Positions 37,021 to 46,936 of a stretch of DNA of 64,000 nt are shown piece after piece. Below the pieces are notes generated by a model. That model made no database searches, was not told where the DNA came from, and saw only the letters and a program-made list of their open reading frames with translations. The stretch's first letter is position 1. Each line of letters starts with the position of its first letter. Both the position numbers and the translations under genes were made by a program. Origin of the DNA: Candidatus Nealsonbacteria bacterium (GTDB lineage: Bacteria; Patescibacteriota; Minisyncoccia; Minisyncoccales; UBA6532); contig JACPLN010000008.1 in NCBI GenBank assembly GCA_016186485.1, positions 8,673-72,672 on the forward strand. The letters are read 5' to 3'.

Positions 37021-37707
37021 CTATTTCAATTCAACAAAATCGCTGCTCCAAGAACAATATTGGCAAAAAGGACTGCTTTTTGGAATTGGGCCCAAAAGCG
37101 TTTTTATGCCGTCTTGAAACAATTTTAAGGCCATCTCGTGGCTGGTTTCCATCTTTTTTACACCAACCTGAAAATTGATTATTCCCTTATCTGCTACGTT
37201 ATCGGGTTTATAATAAACCAGGTAAGCAATGCCTTTTGTCTTGTATCCCCCCTGCTCTAAGAGAAAGTTGTAAATATTAAGCTGGTGCTGATAATACTTC
37301 TTGGCGTTTTCTTCAAAAGCCGCGGATCCCGTCGTTTTAAAGTCAACCGGTATATAGTATTCGCCGTCAAAAAGGCAATCATCCAAAGCCCCAACCAAAA
37401 CAAAATCGCTCTGTTCCTTGTCTTGGTATGCCAAAACCGGCCTCATGGCGTCGCGCCATCGATCTATCAATCCCTGGTCTGGCATCAGCTTGCCCTCAAC
37501 CTGCCCCACCAATTCCGGGGGCAGCTCACCCTTGGCTCTGAACTTATCAAAATAAGGCTTTAAAATCCTGTCAAAGTTGTTCTGCAAAGCAAAACTCTGC
37601 TCGGGCTTCTTTACTCCCTTTGCCTTATAGGCCCAAAAACATTTTGGGCATTCCAAAAATAAGTTTAAGCTTGATGCCGATAATCTAATTTGTTGGCTGT
37701 TTCTCAT
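37021..37707 (-). CDS. PD-(D/E)XK nuclease, Cas4/AddB-like
   Basis: LSASSL..F.ECPKCF, GALDD, VDFKT, QLNIY, C-terminal CQYC. Confidence 0.88.
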   Translation of the reverse strand: MRNSQQIRLSASSLNLFLECPKCFWAYKAKGVKKPEQSFALQNNFDRILKPYFDKFRAKGELPPELVGQVEGKLMPDQGLIDRWRDAMRPVLAYQDKEQSDFVLVGALDDCLFDGEYYIPVDFKTTGSAAFEENAKKYYQHQLNIYNFLLEQGGYKTKGIAYLVYYKPDNVADKGIINFQVGVKKMETSHEMALKLFQDGIKTLLGPIPKSSPFCQYCSWSSDFVELK

Positions 37708-37789
37708 AATAATTTATTGTAACAAAAAAGAGAAAATTCAAATACTCCTGCTTTACATTTTCTATTTAGCGAGTATAATATTAAATCAG

Positions 37790-38059
37790 GTGAAGAAATT
37801 GGGAATAATCTCCAGGATCTTTCTTTTAATAGGGATAAGCCTTGTTTTAGTGGCGCTGATCTCTACCGGATTCTTATTTGCGGCTGTTGGAATTTCGTCA
37901 CTAATAGGATTAAAAAGCGCGTTTGGAATCATAGAGATGGAAGGAATAACAATATCTTGGGCCATAACTTTTGCCTTAATGGGCGTAGCAATACTCGCCC
38001 TGATAGCGCTCACGATTGTTCTAAGCCTAGCTAGTAAAATCAAAAGGCAGCGAGCTTAA
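37790..38059 (+). CDS. Hypothetical small membrane protein
   Basis: Hydrophobic ORF after TTTACA-N17-TATAAT. Confidence 0.6.
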   Translation: MKKLGIISRIFLLIGISLVLVALISTGFLFAAVGISSLIGLKSAFGIIEMEGITISWAITFALMGVAILALIALTIVLSLASKIKRQRA

Positions 38060-38109
38060 ATAATAAAACGCCGGACATCTAAGGATGCGGCGTTTTTTAA
38101 ATAGCCGAT

Positions 38110-38571
38110 TTAAAAAATTATCTTTATTATCGCTTTTTTAATGCTTTCCGTTCCGTCAAAATCGCATCCGGGCCTGTGTATTTCGCCTGGCATCATTACC
38201 ATGAATTCTCCTGCCTCCAGCGGGAAAAATTCCTCGTTTTCCACAAAATCGTAAAGAATGTAATCGTCTTCTTCGTTATAATCGGTTTTAGCTTTGTTGC
38301 CCGGATTTTCTTTTGCGATTCCTATTTTTTCTTTGCCTGAAATTATGTAGTGGATATCGGCTTTTTTCTTATGCAATTCAGCCGCTTTATCCTTTGGCTT
38401 TTGCGTTTGATATTCCAAACAAAAAATAAACGATTCGCCTTCAACAATCGGTTTTCGTTCTTTTCCCAAACTGGAAAAATCAGCGCTTTTTAAAAATTTC
38501 AGCGCCTTTTTTGTTTTTTCCTGCAAATCAGAACTTTCAATATCAAAATCTTCCAATTTTCCCTTTATCAT
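38110..38571 (-). CDS. YhcH/YjgK/YiaL family protein
   Basis: ELHKKKADIHYIISGKEKI, YNEEDD, PGEIHRP. Confidence 0.88.
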   Translation of the reverse strand: MIKGKLEDFDIESSDLQEKTKKALKFLKSADFSSLGKERKPIVEGESFIFCLEYQTQKPKDKAAELHKKKADIHYIISGKEKIGIAKENPGNKAKTDYNEEDDYILYDFVENEEFFPLEAGEFMVMMPGEIHRPGCDFDGTESIKKAIIKIIF

Positions 38572-38588
38572 GACTTTCCCCTTCCGTC

Positions 38589-38723
38589 TTATTTCTTGGA
38601 AATTTTCTGCCAGAGCCAAATGCCGAGAAGTGCGAGGTCTATTGCCACCAAAATCCAGATGACATCGCCTCCAAACCCCACAGCTCCACCCATCATGCTC
38701 CAGTTATTAAAATATCCCATCAT
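38589..38723 (-). CDS. Small Met/Gly-rich single-TM protein (44 aa, absent from ORF track)
   Basis: MMGYFNNWSMMGGAVGFGGDVIWILVAIDLALLGIWLWQKISKK; TGcTATAAT just upstream; paralog at 48136-48315. Confidence 0.7.
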   Translation of the reverse strand: MMGYFNNWSMMGGAVGFGGDVIWILVAIDLALLGIWLWQKISKK

Positions 38724-38796
38724 ATATCAATTATAGCATTGTTTTGGCTTTTTCCTCATAGGGTCAATAAAAAATGCCCCGTAAAGGGCTTTTGAT

Positions 38797-39771
38797 TTAG
38801 TTTGTAAAACTTTTTGGCGCCAGGCAATTGCGCCAACTCTTGTCTTCGCGGATGCGGATAAACCATTTATTCCTAAGTTTCCCGCTGGAGAATCTTATTT
38901 CAAATCCAACCTGCAAAACCGCAGGCCCTGTCCCCCCTTCCAGAATCTCTTTTATTTTTCGGCGCGTTTCGCCTGAAAAACTGCCTAGCCTTCCGCAATC
39001 AAACTCTTTTTTGGTTACAGGATCTATCTGAAGCAAAACAACTTCTTTAAGCTTGGCCGGATCTTTATCTTGCGGAATCCATTCCCTGACAATAAAATCA
39101 TCTTCAAATACCGGTTTCCATTTATAGCATCCTTCCGGACGTTTCGGAGATTTGCCGTCCAAACGGATTGATGCGGTAAAATCTTTGTCGTAGAGAACCA
39201 ATCCTTCCCAGCCGCTGTTTCTAACCATGTTTTTGGCTTCGTTAAAGGCCGCGTCAACAACCGTCAGAGGCATGACGTATCCGGGTTTGCCTTTAGCAAG
39301 AACTCTTTGTATATTTTCTAAACGTGAAGAGTAGGGCTGGCTAAGAGAGCATCGTCCTTCCCAAAAAGCTATATCAAAAACCATGAATTTGACTAAGCCA
39401 TTTTGCCGCTGCATCTCAAGCGATTTTTGGGGTTTGGAGTTAAAAACAGATCCGACTCCCAAAAAGTTATCGTTGCCGTCTAAATCTACGATGCCCTCGC
39501 CTATCAGCATGCTGTTTTCCGGTATTTCCAGATTATCTAATTCCTTTTTAATGTGAGGCAAGCGCTCGGTTACCTCTCTTGTGCTGTCGGTATATACCTT
39601 CCACCCTTTACCAGATTTCACGGCAATCAATTTCCAGCCATCCCGTTTGCGGGTAATAATAAGTTTTCTTTTTTTCTCAAGCTCAAAGATTGTTGACTCA
39701 TCGTACGCTTCCCTCTGAAGCGGTTTATAAAAAACAAAGCCTTCGGGTAAAGGATCTAGCGAAAACTCCAA
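38797..39771 (-). CDS. Minimal ATP-dependent DNA ligase-like protein
   Basis: Nucleotidyltransferase motifs KRDG (I), IGEG (III), FMVFDI (IIIa), EGLVL (IV), YKWK (V), LR...F.RIREDK (VI). Confidence 0.8.
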   Translation of the reverse strand: MEFSLDPLPEGFVFYKPLQREAYDESTIFELEKKRKLIITRKRDGWKLIAVKSGKGWKVYTDSTREVTERLPHIKKELDNLEIPENSMLIGEGIVDLDGNDNFLGVGSVFNSKPQKSLEMQRQNGLVKFMVFDIAFWEGRCSLSQPYSSRLENIQRVLAKGKPGYVMPLTVVDAAFNEAKNMVRNSGWEGLVLYDKDFTASIRLDGKSPKRPEGCYKWKPVFEDDFIVREWIPQDKDPAKLKEVVLLQIDPVTKKEFDCGRLGSFSGETRRKIKEILEGGTGPAVLQVGFEIRFSSGKLRNKWFIRIREDKSWRNCLAPKSFTN

Positions 39772-39869
39772 CCAACATCATCACTATTTCAATTTTAAGG
39801 TGCGGATACCCTAATTTATAACAGAACGGCCGGCTGCCGTCAATCCGTTCTATGCAATAACGAATAATT

Positions 39870-40037
39870 TCATAATTTTTTGTTTTCCTCGGCGTGAGCC
39901 GTGATTTCTATATTACAGCTCTTATGTTCTAGGCACCATGCCTCGCATTTCTCGGCCCACTCTTTATCTTCATAGCGAAAACCGCACTCCTCGCACTGGT
40001 ACAGCTCCTTGTTTTCTTTTTGCGCTATTTTGACCAT
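39870..40037 (-). CDS. Small Cys/His zinc-binding protein
   Basis: YQCEECG...CEAWC..HKSC. Confidence 0.7.
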   Translation of the reverse strand: MVKIAQKENKELYQCEECGFRYEDKEWAEKCEAWCLEHKSCNIEITAHAEENKKL

Positions 40038-40041
40038 TCGG

Positions 40042-41217
40042 TTATTTAACCTGGAAAATAAAGCCAAATGCGCTTAGTAAGCTGGCTTGAACAAGTTGAA
40101 TAAAATTCTTTATAGTTTCTATGATTTTTTGTTGGATTTCCATAACCCTAGCCTGAATTCCCTCAAGAGTTGTTTTTGTGGTCGCTTCCGGCGTCTCGGC
40201 GGTCACTATAATTTCTGCCCTCGCCTCAGCTATCTTAGATTCCCTTTCTGCAATAACCTTGGGATGGTATGTACCGGAAGATAGGTAATTGCAGGCATCA
40301 TCCGCCTCTTTTGAAACCGCAACAATGCTATTGTATTGAACATCGTAACCTGAGGCAATATTGGTGCCGGAATCAGAACGATCACAATAAAAGGTGTAAT
40401 TAATGGTGCCGGCAGCTGTTCCCGAAACATCAGCCGTAAGGTCAACACCATTTAATGGGGCTGGACCCGAAGAAGCGCTGGCGGTCAAAGTCACAAAAAG
40501 AGTCGGGCTAGGGGCAATGCTAAAGGAAATAGTAAAGTCATCGGTATTGACATTACCACTGTTATCAGAACATCTGACATAATAAGTGTATGGATTGTCA
40601 CCGCTTAAACCCGTAATCAAGACGGAATGCGATATCCCGCCAGTGATTGAAAATGTGCTCGGCATCAAACCGTAAACTACGCTAGTAGTAGAATAACGAC
40701 AAGTAGCTGGCTCATTGGTGACTAAGCTAAGATTAGCTTGGGTTGTCCCGACGGCTAAACTTCCTGATGGCTGCCCATTGGAGATAACGGGAGGCGTAAC
40801 ATCAGGGGGTGTGCTAAAAGAGATTAAAAAATCATCGGGATTAGCATTGCCTCTTGCGTCGCTGCATTTGACATAATAATTATACGTAGCGTCACTGCTT
40901 AAACCTGTCACTAGTACAGAATGGAAAAATGTACCAATGGCTGTGAAATTAGTATTTATGAAATCGCTGGACATCGAATCATAAAGAACCTGCCTATCGT
41001 TTGAATACCTGCAATTAGCTAGTTCATCGGTTTCCACAGATACTGTTGTTTGGACGGTGCCGGCTGCTAAGATCCCTTTGGGCTGACCGCTTATTATTCT
41101 GGGTGGCGCATGGTCATCGGTAGTAGTGGCTGCATTAGAAACGGAAGGGAATATAAAAATCCCTAAAAGCAGGAAAAGGATAAAGGGAATTGCGGATAGA
41201 ATTTTTTTGTTAGACAT
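40042..41217 (-). CDS. Secreted surface protein with two Ig/Fn3-like repeats and a PKD-like domain
   Basis: Signal peptide; duplicated D..PP.IS.GQP.G.LA.GT.Q...CRYS...HSVL.TGLS....Y.YYV.CSD. Confidence 0.8.
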   Translation of the reverse strand: MSNKKILSAIPFILFLLLGIFIFPSVSNAATTTDDHAPPRIISGQPKGILAAGTVQTTVSVETDELANCRYSNDRQVLYDSMSSDFINTNFTAIGTFFHSVLVTGLSSDATYNYYVKCSDARGNANPDDFLISFSTPPDVTPPVISNGQPSGSLAVGTTQANLSLVTNEPATCRYSTTSVVYGLMPSTFSITGGISHSVLITGLSGDNPYTYYVRCSDNSGNVNTDDFTISFSIAPSPTLFVTLTASASSGPAPLNGVDLTADVSGTAAGTINYTFYCDRSDSGTNIASGYDVQYNSIVAVSKEADDACNYLSSGTYHPKVIAERESKIAEARAEIIVTAETPEATTKTTLEGIQARVMEIQQKIIETIKNFIQLVQASLLSAFGFIFQVK

Positions 41218-41361
41218 TATTAAAATTTAATAAGGTAAAAATTCGGTAGTAAACCCTCTTTTTTATTATAAAAGAAAGCGGGATAAAAGGGAAGAAGGAT
41301 TCTGCCGCTATAAATAAAAACTGCCTTCTTGGCGAGGGTTCTGCCTCGCCATGCATCTCCT

Positions 41362-43281
41362 CTATTGTTTGTATTTCTCCAGGTGAAGTTGGAAAAGACG
41401 TATTGAATTTATAATCGGTATGAAATCCGTAATGAAATTATAGGCTGAAGCTGTCGTCGGTAAAAAAACGGCTGGCACCAAGCCGCTGAATACCAAAGAA
41501 AGGCCGATAACGTTAGTAATCGCCCAGATGACAAAATCTTGCCTGGTGACGTGTCTGGTATATTTCGCAAGACGCATGGTTTCTAAAATTTGTTCCAGGT
41601 TATCCTGCATCAAAACTATATCTCCGGATTCAACGGTAACATCGGCCCCGATACCGCCCATGGCAATGCCGATATCCGCGGCGCTTAAAAGTGCCGCGTC
41701 GTTTACGCCGTCTCCGATAGCTATAACTTTGTGTTCCGTCCCGAGGTATTTTTTAAGGTAATTTAATTTATCTTCCGGCAAAAGATTGGCATGGTATTCC
41801 GTAACGGCGAGTTCTTCCGCGACCCGCTCAGCGACCTTCTCATTGTCTCCTGTCAGCATCACGAATTTCTCTATGCCCGACTTTTTTAGGCCTTCGATGA
41901 CTTGTCTGGCATTCTGTCTCACCTCATCGGCAAGAGTGAAAAATCCCGCAAGCTTTCCGTCATATCCTATGAGAGTTGTATTAAAACCTTCATCTTTTTC
42001 ACGCTCTACGTCGGCTATTTGATGTTCGGTAATTTTAATGCCAAGTTCCTTCATAAAAGCCAATTTGCCGCTGGCAATCATTTTACCGTTGAGAATGGCA
42101 GTAACGCCCCGACCGCTTTTTTCTTCTAATTTCTCCGGCTGTTTCAAGGAAATACCGCGTTCCTCGGCATACCGCAGAATTGCTTTCGCGGACGGATGGT
42201 TTGAAAGAGACGAAACTGTGGCGGCCAGCTTCAAAATATCTTTGCTCTCCCATTCATTAAAGGCAAAAAGGTTTTTAACCCTCAGTTCTCCGACAGTTAA
42301 AGTACCGGTTTTATCGGCAACGATCACCTTAGCTTCGTTCAATCCTTCAAGAAAATCGCCGCCTTTAATAATCACGCCGTGCCTGGCCGCATGTCCTAGG
42401 GAAGCTATAAAAGCCAGGGGAATCGCCACGGCAATATCGTCGGCGCAAACTACGAGCACGACTGCCAAAACTAAAGCAAAATTATGGGTAGCGAAATATA
42501 AGGCAATTGAACCCAAGAGCATCAGCGCTACATACCAGCTAGCAAAACGATCTGCCATTGTGGTGATTGCAGGCTTGTGGGCCGCCGCTTTTTCAACCAG
42601 TTCAATCATTTTTTCAAGCGTAGTTTCCTTTCCTATTTTTTCGGCTTTGATTATCAAATTTCCAGACACCACAACCGTGGAACTGAAAACCCGACTGCCG
42701 GCTTTTTTGTTCACAGGCAGAGACTCGCCGGTAAGAGAAGATTGATCAACTTCTGCCTCGCTTTGGATGACAATGCCGTCGACAGGAATGCGTTCGCCAA
42801 GCTCCACCATTATCTCATCGCCTCTTTTTATGTTTTTTACTTTTATCGCAATTATTTTATCACCGGCCCTTATTCGCGCTATTTCCGGTTTTAGCTTAAG
42901 CAGGCTTTGGATAGCTCGGCGGGAACGATTTTCGGTGTAGCGATCAAGGATTCTGGCTGAAGTCAGCATCAAATTGATAAAAGTGGCGGAAGCCCATTCG
43001 TGGGCTAAAAGCGAAAAAATCAAAGCAATGCTGGCAAGCAAATCAATTGTGATTTTTTTATTTTTTAAAGATTCAAAAGTATTTTTTAAAACCGGCAAAG
43101 CGGCAAAAGCTGCCAGAACTGCCAGAATAAAACCATCTATTTGATGATAAATAAAGTTAAAATAAGCGTTCAAATAGTGAACTGCCAAAAAAAGCGTTAG
43201 TAGCGCTAAAAGTGCGCCGTCAATAGTCAGAAGTTGGTATTTTCCTAGAAATTCTTTAAATTGCTGAAAAATCTTTATCAT
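41362..43281 (-). CDS. P1B-type heavy-metal ATPase with atypical CAD motif
   Basis: TGES, VVCADDIAVAIP, DKTGTLT, SNHP, GDGVND. Confidence 0.92.
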   Translation of the reverse strand: MIKIFQQFKEFLGKYQLLTIDGALLALLTLFLAVHYLNAYFNFIYHQIDGFILAVLAAFAALPVLKNTFESLKNKKITIDLLASIALIFSLLAHEWASATFINLMLTSARILDRYTENRSRRAIQSLLKLKPEIARIRAGDKIIAIKVKNIKRGDEIMVELGERIPVDGIVIQSEAEVDQSSLTGESLPVNKKAGSRVFSSTVVVSGNLIIKAEKIGKETTLEKMIELVEKAAAHKPAITTMADRFASWYVALMLLGSIALYFATHNFALVLAVVLVVCADDIAVAIPLAFIASLGHAARHGVIIKGGDFLEGLNEAKVIVADKTGTLTVGELRVKNLFAFNEWESKDILKLAATVSSLSNHPSAKAILRYAEERGISLKQPEKLEEKSGRGVTAILNGKMIASGKLAFMKELGIKITEHQIADVEREKDEGFNTTLIGYDGKLAGFFTLADEVRQNARQVIEGLKKSGIEKFVMLTGDNEKVAERVAEELAVTEYHANLLPEDKLNYLKKYLGTEHKVIAIGDGVNDAALLSAADIGIAMGGIGADVTVESGDIVLMQDNLEQILETMRLAKYTRHVTRQDFVIWAITNVIGLSLVFSGLVPAVFLPTTASAYNFITDFIPIINSIRLFQLHLEKYKQ

Positions 43282-43636
43282 GAGATTATTTTACCACTTG
43301 CGATATTCAAATAAAAATACTCTGTTTTGAACCCGCGAAAGGGATGACAAGTTCTCCAAAAATTGCTATAAAAAAAGAGCTAAGATAACTGACGATCCCA
43401 AAAAAGAGATTGAGGAACGAACTAGACTGCTTCAATTGCTTGTTGAGAAGAAAATAACGGCCTATTCCGAATTTTCCAATATCATCCGAGAATTCCATCT
43501 GGACAGGCAATCTCTATTTACTAGGCTAAACTTGTTACAATCATAAAGGACTCAAAGAGTCCTTTCTTTTATTGTAGGATCTAGCGAGAGTTTTATCTAA
43601 TTATTATTTAACGTTTTTGTAGATCTTAATCGGAAT

Positions 43637-46273
43637 TTATTTATCCGGGAAACACTGCTTGCAGAGGTCGTAACTTTGAGAACCCGGCCCGCCAAGAAAA
43701 CTGCAGCTTGGAACTAAGGCAAACTGAGGACAAAACTGGGTGTAATCAAATTGTTCTTGGCCGCCAGAAAGGCTTGAACATTTACCTGCGCTTCCTGCTT
43801 CAAAGAGAGATCGCGCTTCCGATTCGCTTAAAGCCCTATTATACACGGAAACCTCATCAATTAAACCGTGGAAAAACTCGGAGCGCTGGTCATTCCATGC
43901 CCCGATTGTAAAGGACGATCCACTGGTTGATTGAGAATTTGCCGCTTGCCGAAGAATTGTGCCCTGTGACTGGCCGTCTACATATAATTGTATCCTGCCC
44001 AGGCTGTCTTTCGTAGCCACGGCATGATGCCACTCTCTAGCGCTAATGGGCGTAGTAATAATGCTTTGGCCATCCGATTGGGTGGTTGCCCCGACAGAAA
44101 ACTCTAATTGTTGGCCTATCCTCAACCAATATCCGGATCCGGCGTCGGGTCCATAATTTGATTTTCTAATAATGTTATTTACAACTTGTCCTGCTCCTTC
44201 GCCAGTCCAATTAAACCAGGCCTCCAATGAAAACGGGCCGGTTCCAAAGTTTAAATTCGCAGGGTTCCCCATGTTTATGTATCCGCTAGATCCATCAAAC
44301 TTAAATGCGTTTCCGACTTCCCCGGAAGCGATATTAACTCCACCAATAATTGTTCCATTATTCTCACCGAAATAATCCTCTGCCGTATCCCCCCGCCACC
44401 AGCTAATTAAACCCGAAAGAACTGGAACGCAACTCTGTGCCACCGGCGAACCACCACCGCCACCACCGCCTCCGCCGCATTCCTCAGGATGCTCTGTACA
44501 GTAAGTTACGCATTCTTCTTCTGATGTACAGCCGCCGGGACCGCCAGGAAATCCACCTCCGCCAGCTGGCGGACCGCCGCCGGGAGGTCCTCCGAATCCC
44601 TGGCAATCTTCAGGATGCCCTGTGCAATATTGTATGCATTCATCCGTGCTTTTACAGCCGCCGGGTCCGCCATTGAATCCTCCTCCCCCGAAATTACCGC
44701 CGCCGCCAAATGACTGCTCTAATTGCTGAAAACAACTTTCCAAACTTTCAAAATCCAAATCCTCGCCAAGTTCACCGCTCTGCAGTTTTTGCAGCCCCTC
44801 CTCCCCAACCGCATCTTTTATACACTGAGCGGCTTCCGGCGGAATATTTTGAAGCTGCTGACTAACTCCTTTAGTCATTTGAGCGAAACAAGACTTCATT
44901 TTACCCTCCAGCGTCCTGTCAAACATAGGTTTGCCCTCAAGCATATTATTGAAATTGCTTTCTCCAACGGCATCTTTGATACACTGGACCGCTTCCGGAG
45001 GCATTTTATCAAGCTCCTCTTTAAAACGCTCCATCCCCTTTTTCATCCTAGATAAATCCTCGTCTGAAATAAGGCCGTTTTCTTTTGCAAAATTGAAACA
45101 CTCTTCCTGGTTTTCAGAACAATATGCGTCGCACTGGTTTTTGCTTCGGCATCCGCCAGGGCCTTTGCCGCCGGTTTTTTTAATCATCTCTCTTTCCTCT
45201 TTAGAGAGCAGGCCGGCTTTGTCGGCAAAAGCAATGCATTCGTCCATATTTTCTTCCTCAAAACAGTATTTCTCACACTGTTCTTTAGAGGTGCAGCCGC
45301 CGGGAGTCTCGCCTCGGCGCATAAACTCCATCATCTTTCTGGCCTGGGCTATTTCTTCCTTTGGCAAAAACCCCGATTCCTCTGCAAAATCAAGGCATTC
45401 TTCCATGTGGCTGGCGTCATTGCAGTAAACCTCGCAGCCATTCCTGTCTTTGCATCCTCCGGGGAACTGCTTTCCCGCCCTAACCAACTCTTGAAACTTT
45501 CGAGCCTCGGCAAGTTCGTCGGGCGAGTAATATCCGGATTCTTCGGCAAAAGCAATGCATTCGTCAAGACGATCAACATTATTGCAATAACTCTCGCAAG
45601 ACGCCCCGGAGCTGCATCCGCCAGGACCCTTATTGACGTTTAAAAAACGATCAGCCGCCTCTTTTTGTTCCTGCTCTGAAATTAAGTTATATTTTTTTGC
45701 GAACGCAAAACACTCTTTGGCATGGATAGAAGCATCGCAATAGGTGCGGCATTCCTGTTCACCCGTGCAGCCCCCGAGTTCCTTAACCGGATATTGAACA
45801 TCGGAAAGGGTCAATTCTGTTGGCTTTTTTTCAACCTTTTCCTTGCCCGCCGTAGCCTTGGCAGAGGCGGGTTCTTTTACAACCGGGGCAGGCGCCTCCT
45901 CTTTTTTTTCAATTTTACTTTCGGATACGCCGTTAACCGGCGCGGGGATTTCCAACTTAGTGGTGTTATTTGCGCAATCAATAATGTAAGCCTGTATTGA
46001 CGGCAAAAAATCCTCCGGCAAAAGAGTTAAATTATTGTCATAAGAGGTTGGACAGCCGGCCAATAATCCCCCGTATGGCAGTTTGCCGGACGGCGTTATT
46101 GAAAACTCTAAAATTCCATCGGGATCAGTGATGGTAAAAACAAATAATTGGAATTCTGTTTCGCTTAAGTTTATTGATGAATCGGAGGCTGCGGCCTGAA
46201 CCTGAAAAATTAAAAAAACTGAAGATAAAGCAGTTATTGCAATAAAAATTGGTAGCAGTAAAATTTTTTTCAT
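43637..46273 (-). CDS. Large secreted Cys-repeat protein with LamG/ConA-like domain
   Basis: Signal peptide; seven GGC..C..YC..EC modules; F.G.IDEV.VYNRALS LamG signature. Confidence 0.82.
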   Translation of the reverse strand: MKKILLLPIFIAITALSSVFLIFQVQAAASDSSINLSETEFQLFVFTITDPDGILEFSITPSGKLPYGGLLAGCPTSYDNNLTLLPEDFLPSIQAYIIDCANNTTKLEIPAPVNGVSESKIEKKEEAPAPVVKEPASAKATAGKEKVEKKPTELTLSDVQYPVKELGGCTGEQECRTYCDASIHAKECFAFAKKYNLISEQEQKEAADRFLNVNKGPGGCSSGASCESYCNNVDRLDECIAFAEESGYYSPDELAEARKFQELVRAGKQFPGGCKDRNGCEVYCNDASHMEECLDFAEESGFLPKEEIAQARKMMEFMRRGETPGGCTSKEQCEKYCFEEENMDECIAFADKAGLLSKEEREMIKKTGGKGPGGCRSKNQCDAYCSENQEECFNFAKENGLISDEDLSRMKKGMERFKEELDKMPPEAVQCIKDAVGESNFNNMLEGKPMFDRTLEGKMKSCFAQMTKGVSQQLQNIPPEAAQCIKDAVGEEGLQKLQSGELGEDLDFESLESCFQQLEQSFGGGGNFGGGGFNGGPGGCKSTDECIQYCTGHPEDCQGFGGPPGGGPPAGGGGFPGGPGGCTSEEECVTYCTEHPEECGGGGGGGGGSPVAQSCVPVLSGLISWWRGDTAEDYFGENNGTIIGGVNIASGEVGNAFKFDGSSGYINMGNPANLNFGTGPFSLEAWFNWTGEGAGQVVNNIIRKSNYGPDAGSGYWLRIGQQLEFSVGATTQSDGQSIITTPISAREWHHAVATKDSLGRIQLYVDGQSQGTILRQAANSQSTSGSSFTIGAWNDQRSEFFHGLIDEVSVYNRALSESEARSLFEAGSAGKCSSLSGGQEQFDYTQFCPQFALVPSCSFLGGPGSQSYDLCKQCFPDK
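45842..45871. repeat. In-frame GC-rich palindromic repeat (PASAKATAGK)
   Basis: Minus strand CCCGCCTCTGCCAAGGCTACGGCGGGCAAG; related to 18059-18097. Confidence 0.7.
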
Positions 46274-46278
46274 AACTA

Positions 46279-46512
46279 TTATCTAAGCGGGTTTTTATAC
46301 TTAAACGGGTTGGCTAGGTCAAGAGGATTGACTTCGGGCACATTCTCGCCGGGATTTGTAGAAATTTCCGGCACACTTTTGGTTGCCTCTTTTGCCGCTC
46401 CTATGGTTCCTTTCAGCTCCGGTTTTGGTTTAAAGAAATAAAAATAACCGACGACCACCGCGGCAACAATTATTACTGCTGTTATTAACAAAACAATTTT
46501 TTTATTAAACAT
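46279..46512 (-). CDS. Hypothetical membrane-anchored protein
   Basis: N-terminal TM; NP-rich tail. Confidence 0.65.
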   Translation of the reverse strand: MFNKKIVLLITAVIIVAAVVVGYFYFFKPKPELKGTIGAAKEATKSVPEISTNPGENVPEVNPLDLANPFKYKNPLR

Positions 46513-46593
46513 ATTTGCTTACTATATTTTACCACTTAATCAAAGCAAAAGAAAAAGCGGCTTTTCCACAAGCCGCCTTTTCTTCTCTATTCT

Positions 46594-46932
46594 CTAAAAA
46601 CCGGATAAATCGCTTTGTATATCCTGAAGTTCTGCATCAAGACCGGAAAGATCGGTGCCCAGCATATCGGCTTCAATAGCGCTAAGGTCGTCAGAACTGC
46701 GAACGCTTTGAAGATTCTTGGCTTCTTGGTCTACTCCTGATGGAAGCTTAATTCCCTCCCCCGCAAGAACTTGCTGTTCTTCCGAAGTCAAAGAAACCGA
46801 AGACAAATCTTGCTCTACAGAAAGCGACTCTTTTTTCTCAAAGGAAATCGGTTTGTACCCTTTTGTCACAAAGAACGCGAGTCCGGCAACAACAACGATG
46901 GCAATAAGAATGATGATAATTTTTTTGTCCAT
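46594..46932 (-). CDS. Hypothetical membrane-anchored protein
   Basis: N-terminal TM; acidic SSDDLSAIEAD...DL..LD.EL tail. Confidence 0.7.
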   Translation of the reverse strand: MDKKIIIILIAIVVVAGLAFFVTKGYKPISFEKKESLSVEQDLSSVSLTSEEQQVLAGEGIKLPSGVDQEAKNLQSVRSSDDLSAIEADMLGTDLSGLDAELQDIQSDLSGF

Positions 46933-46936
46933 AAAG

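Noticed and set aside
37021..37707. CRISPR-Cas locus suggested by a Cas4-like gene
   Set aside because: No cas1/cas2 or repeat-spacer array anywhere in the window
43307..43510. 67-aa ORF between the ATPase and the surface protein
   Set aside because: TTG start, no motif; cannot be supported as a gene
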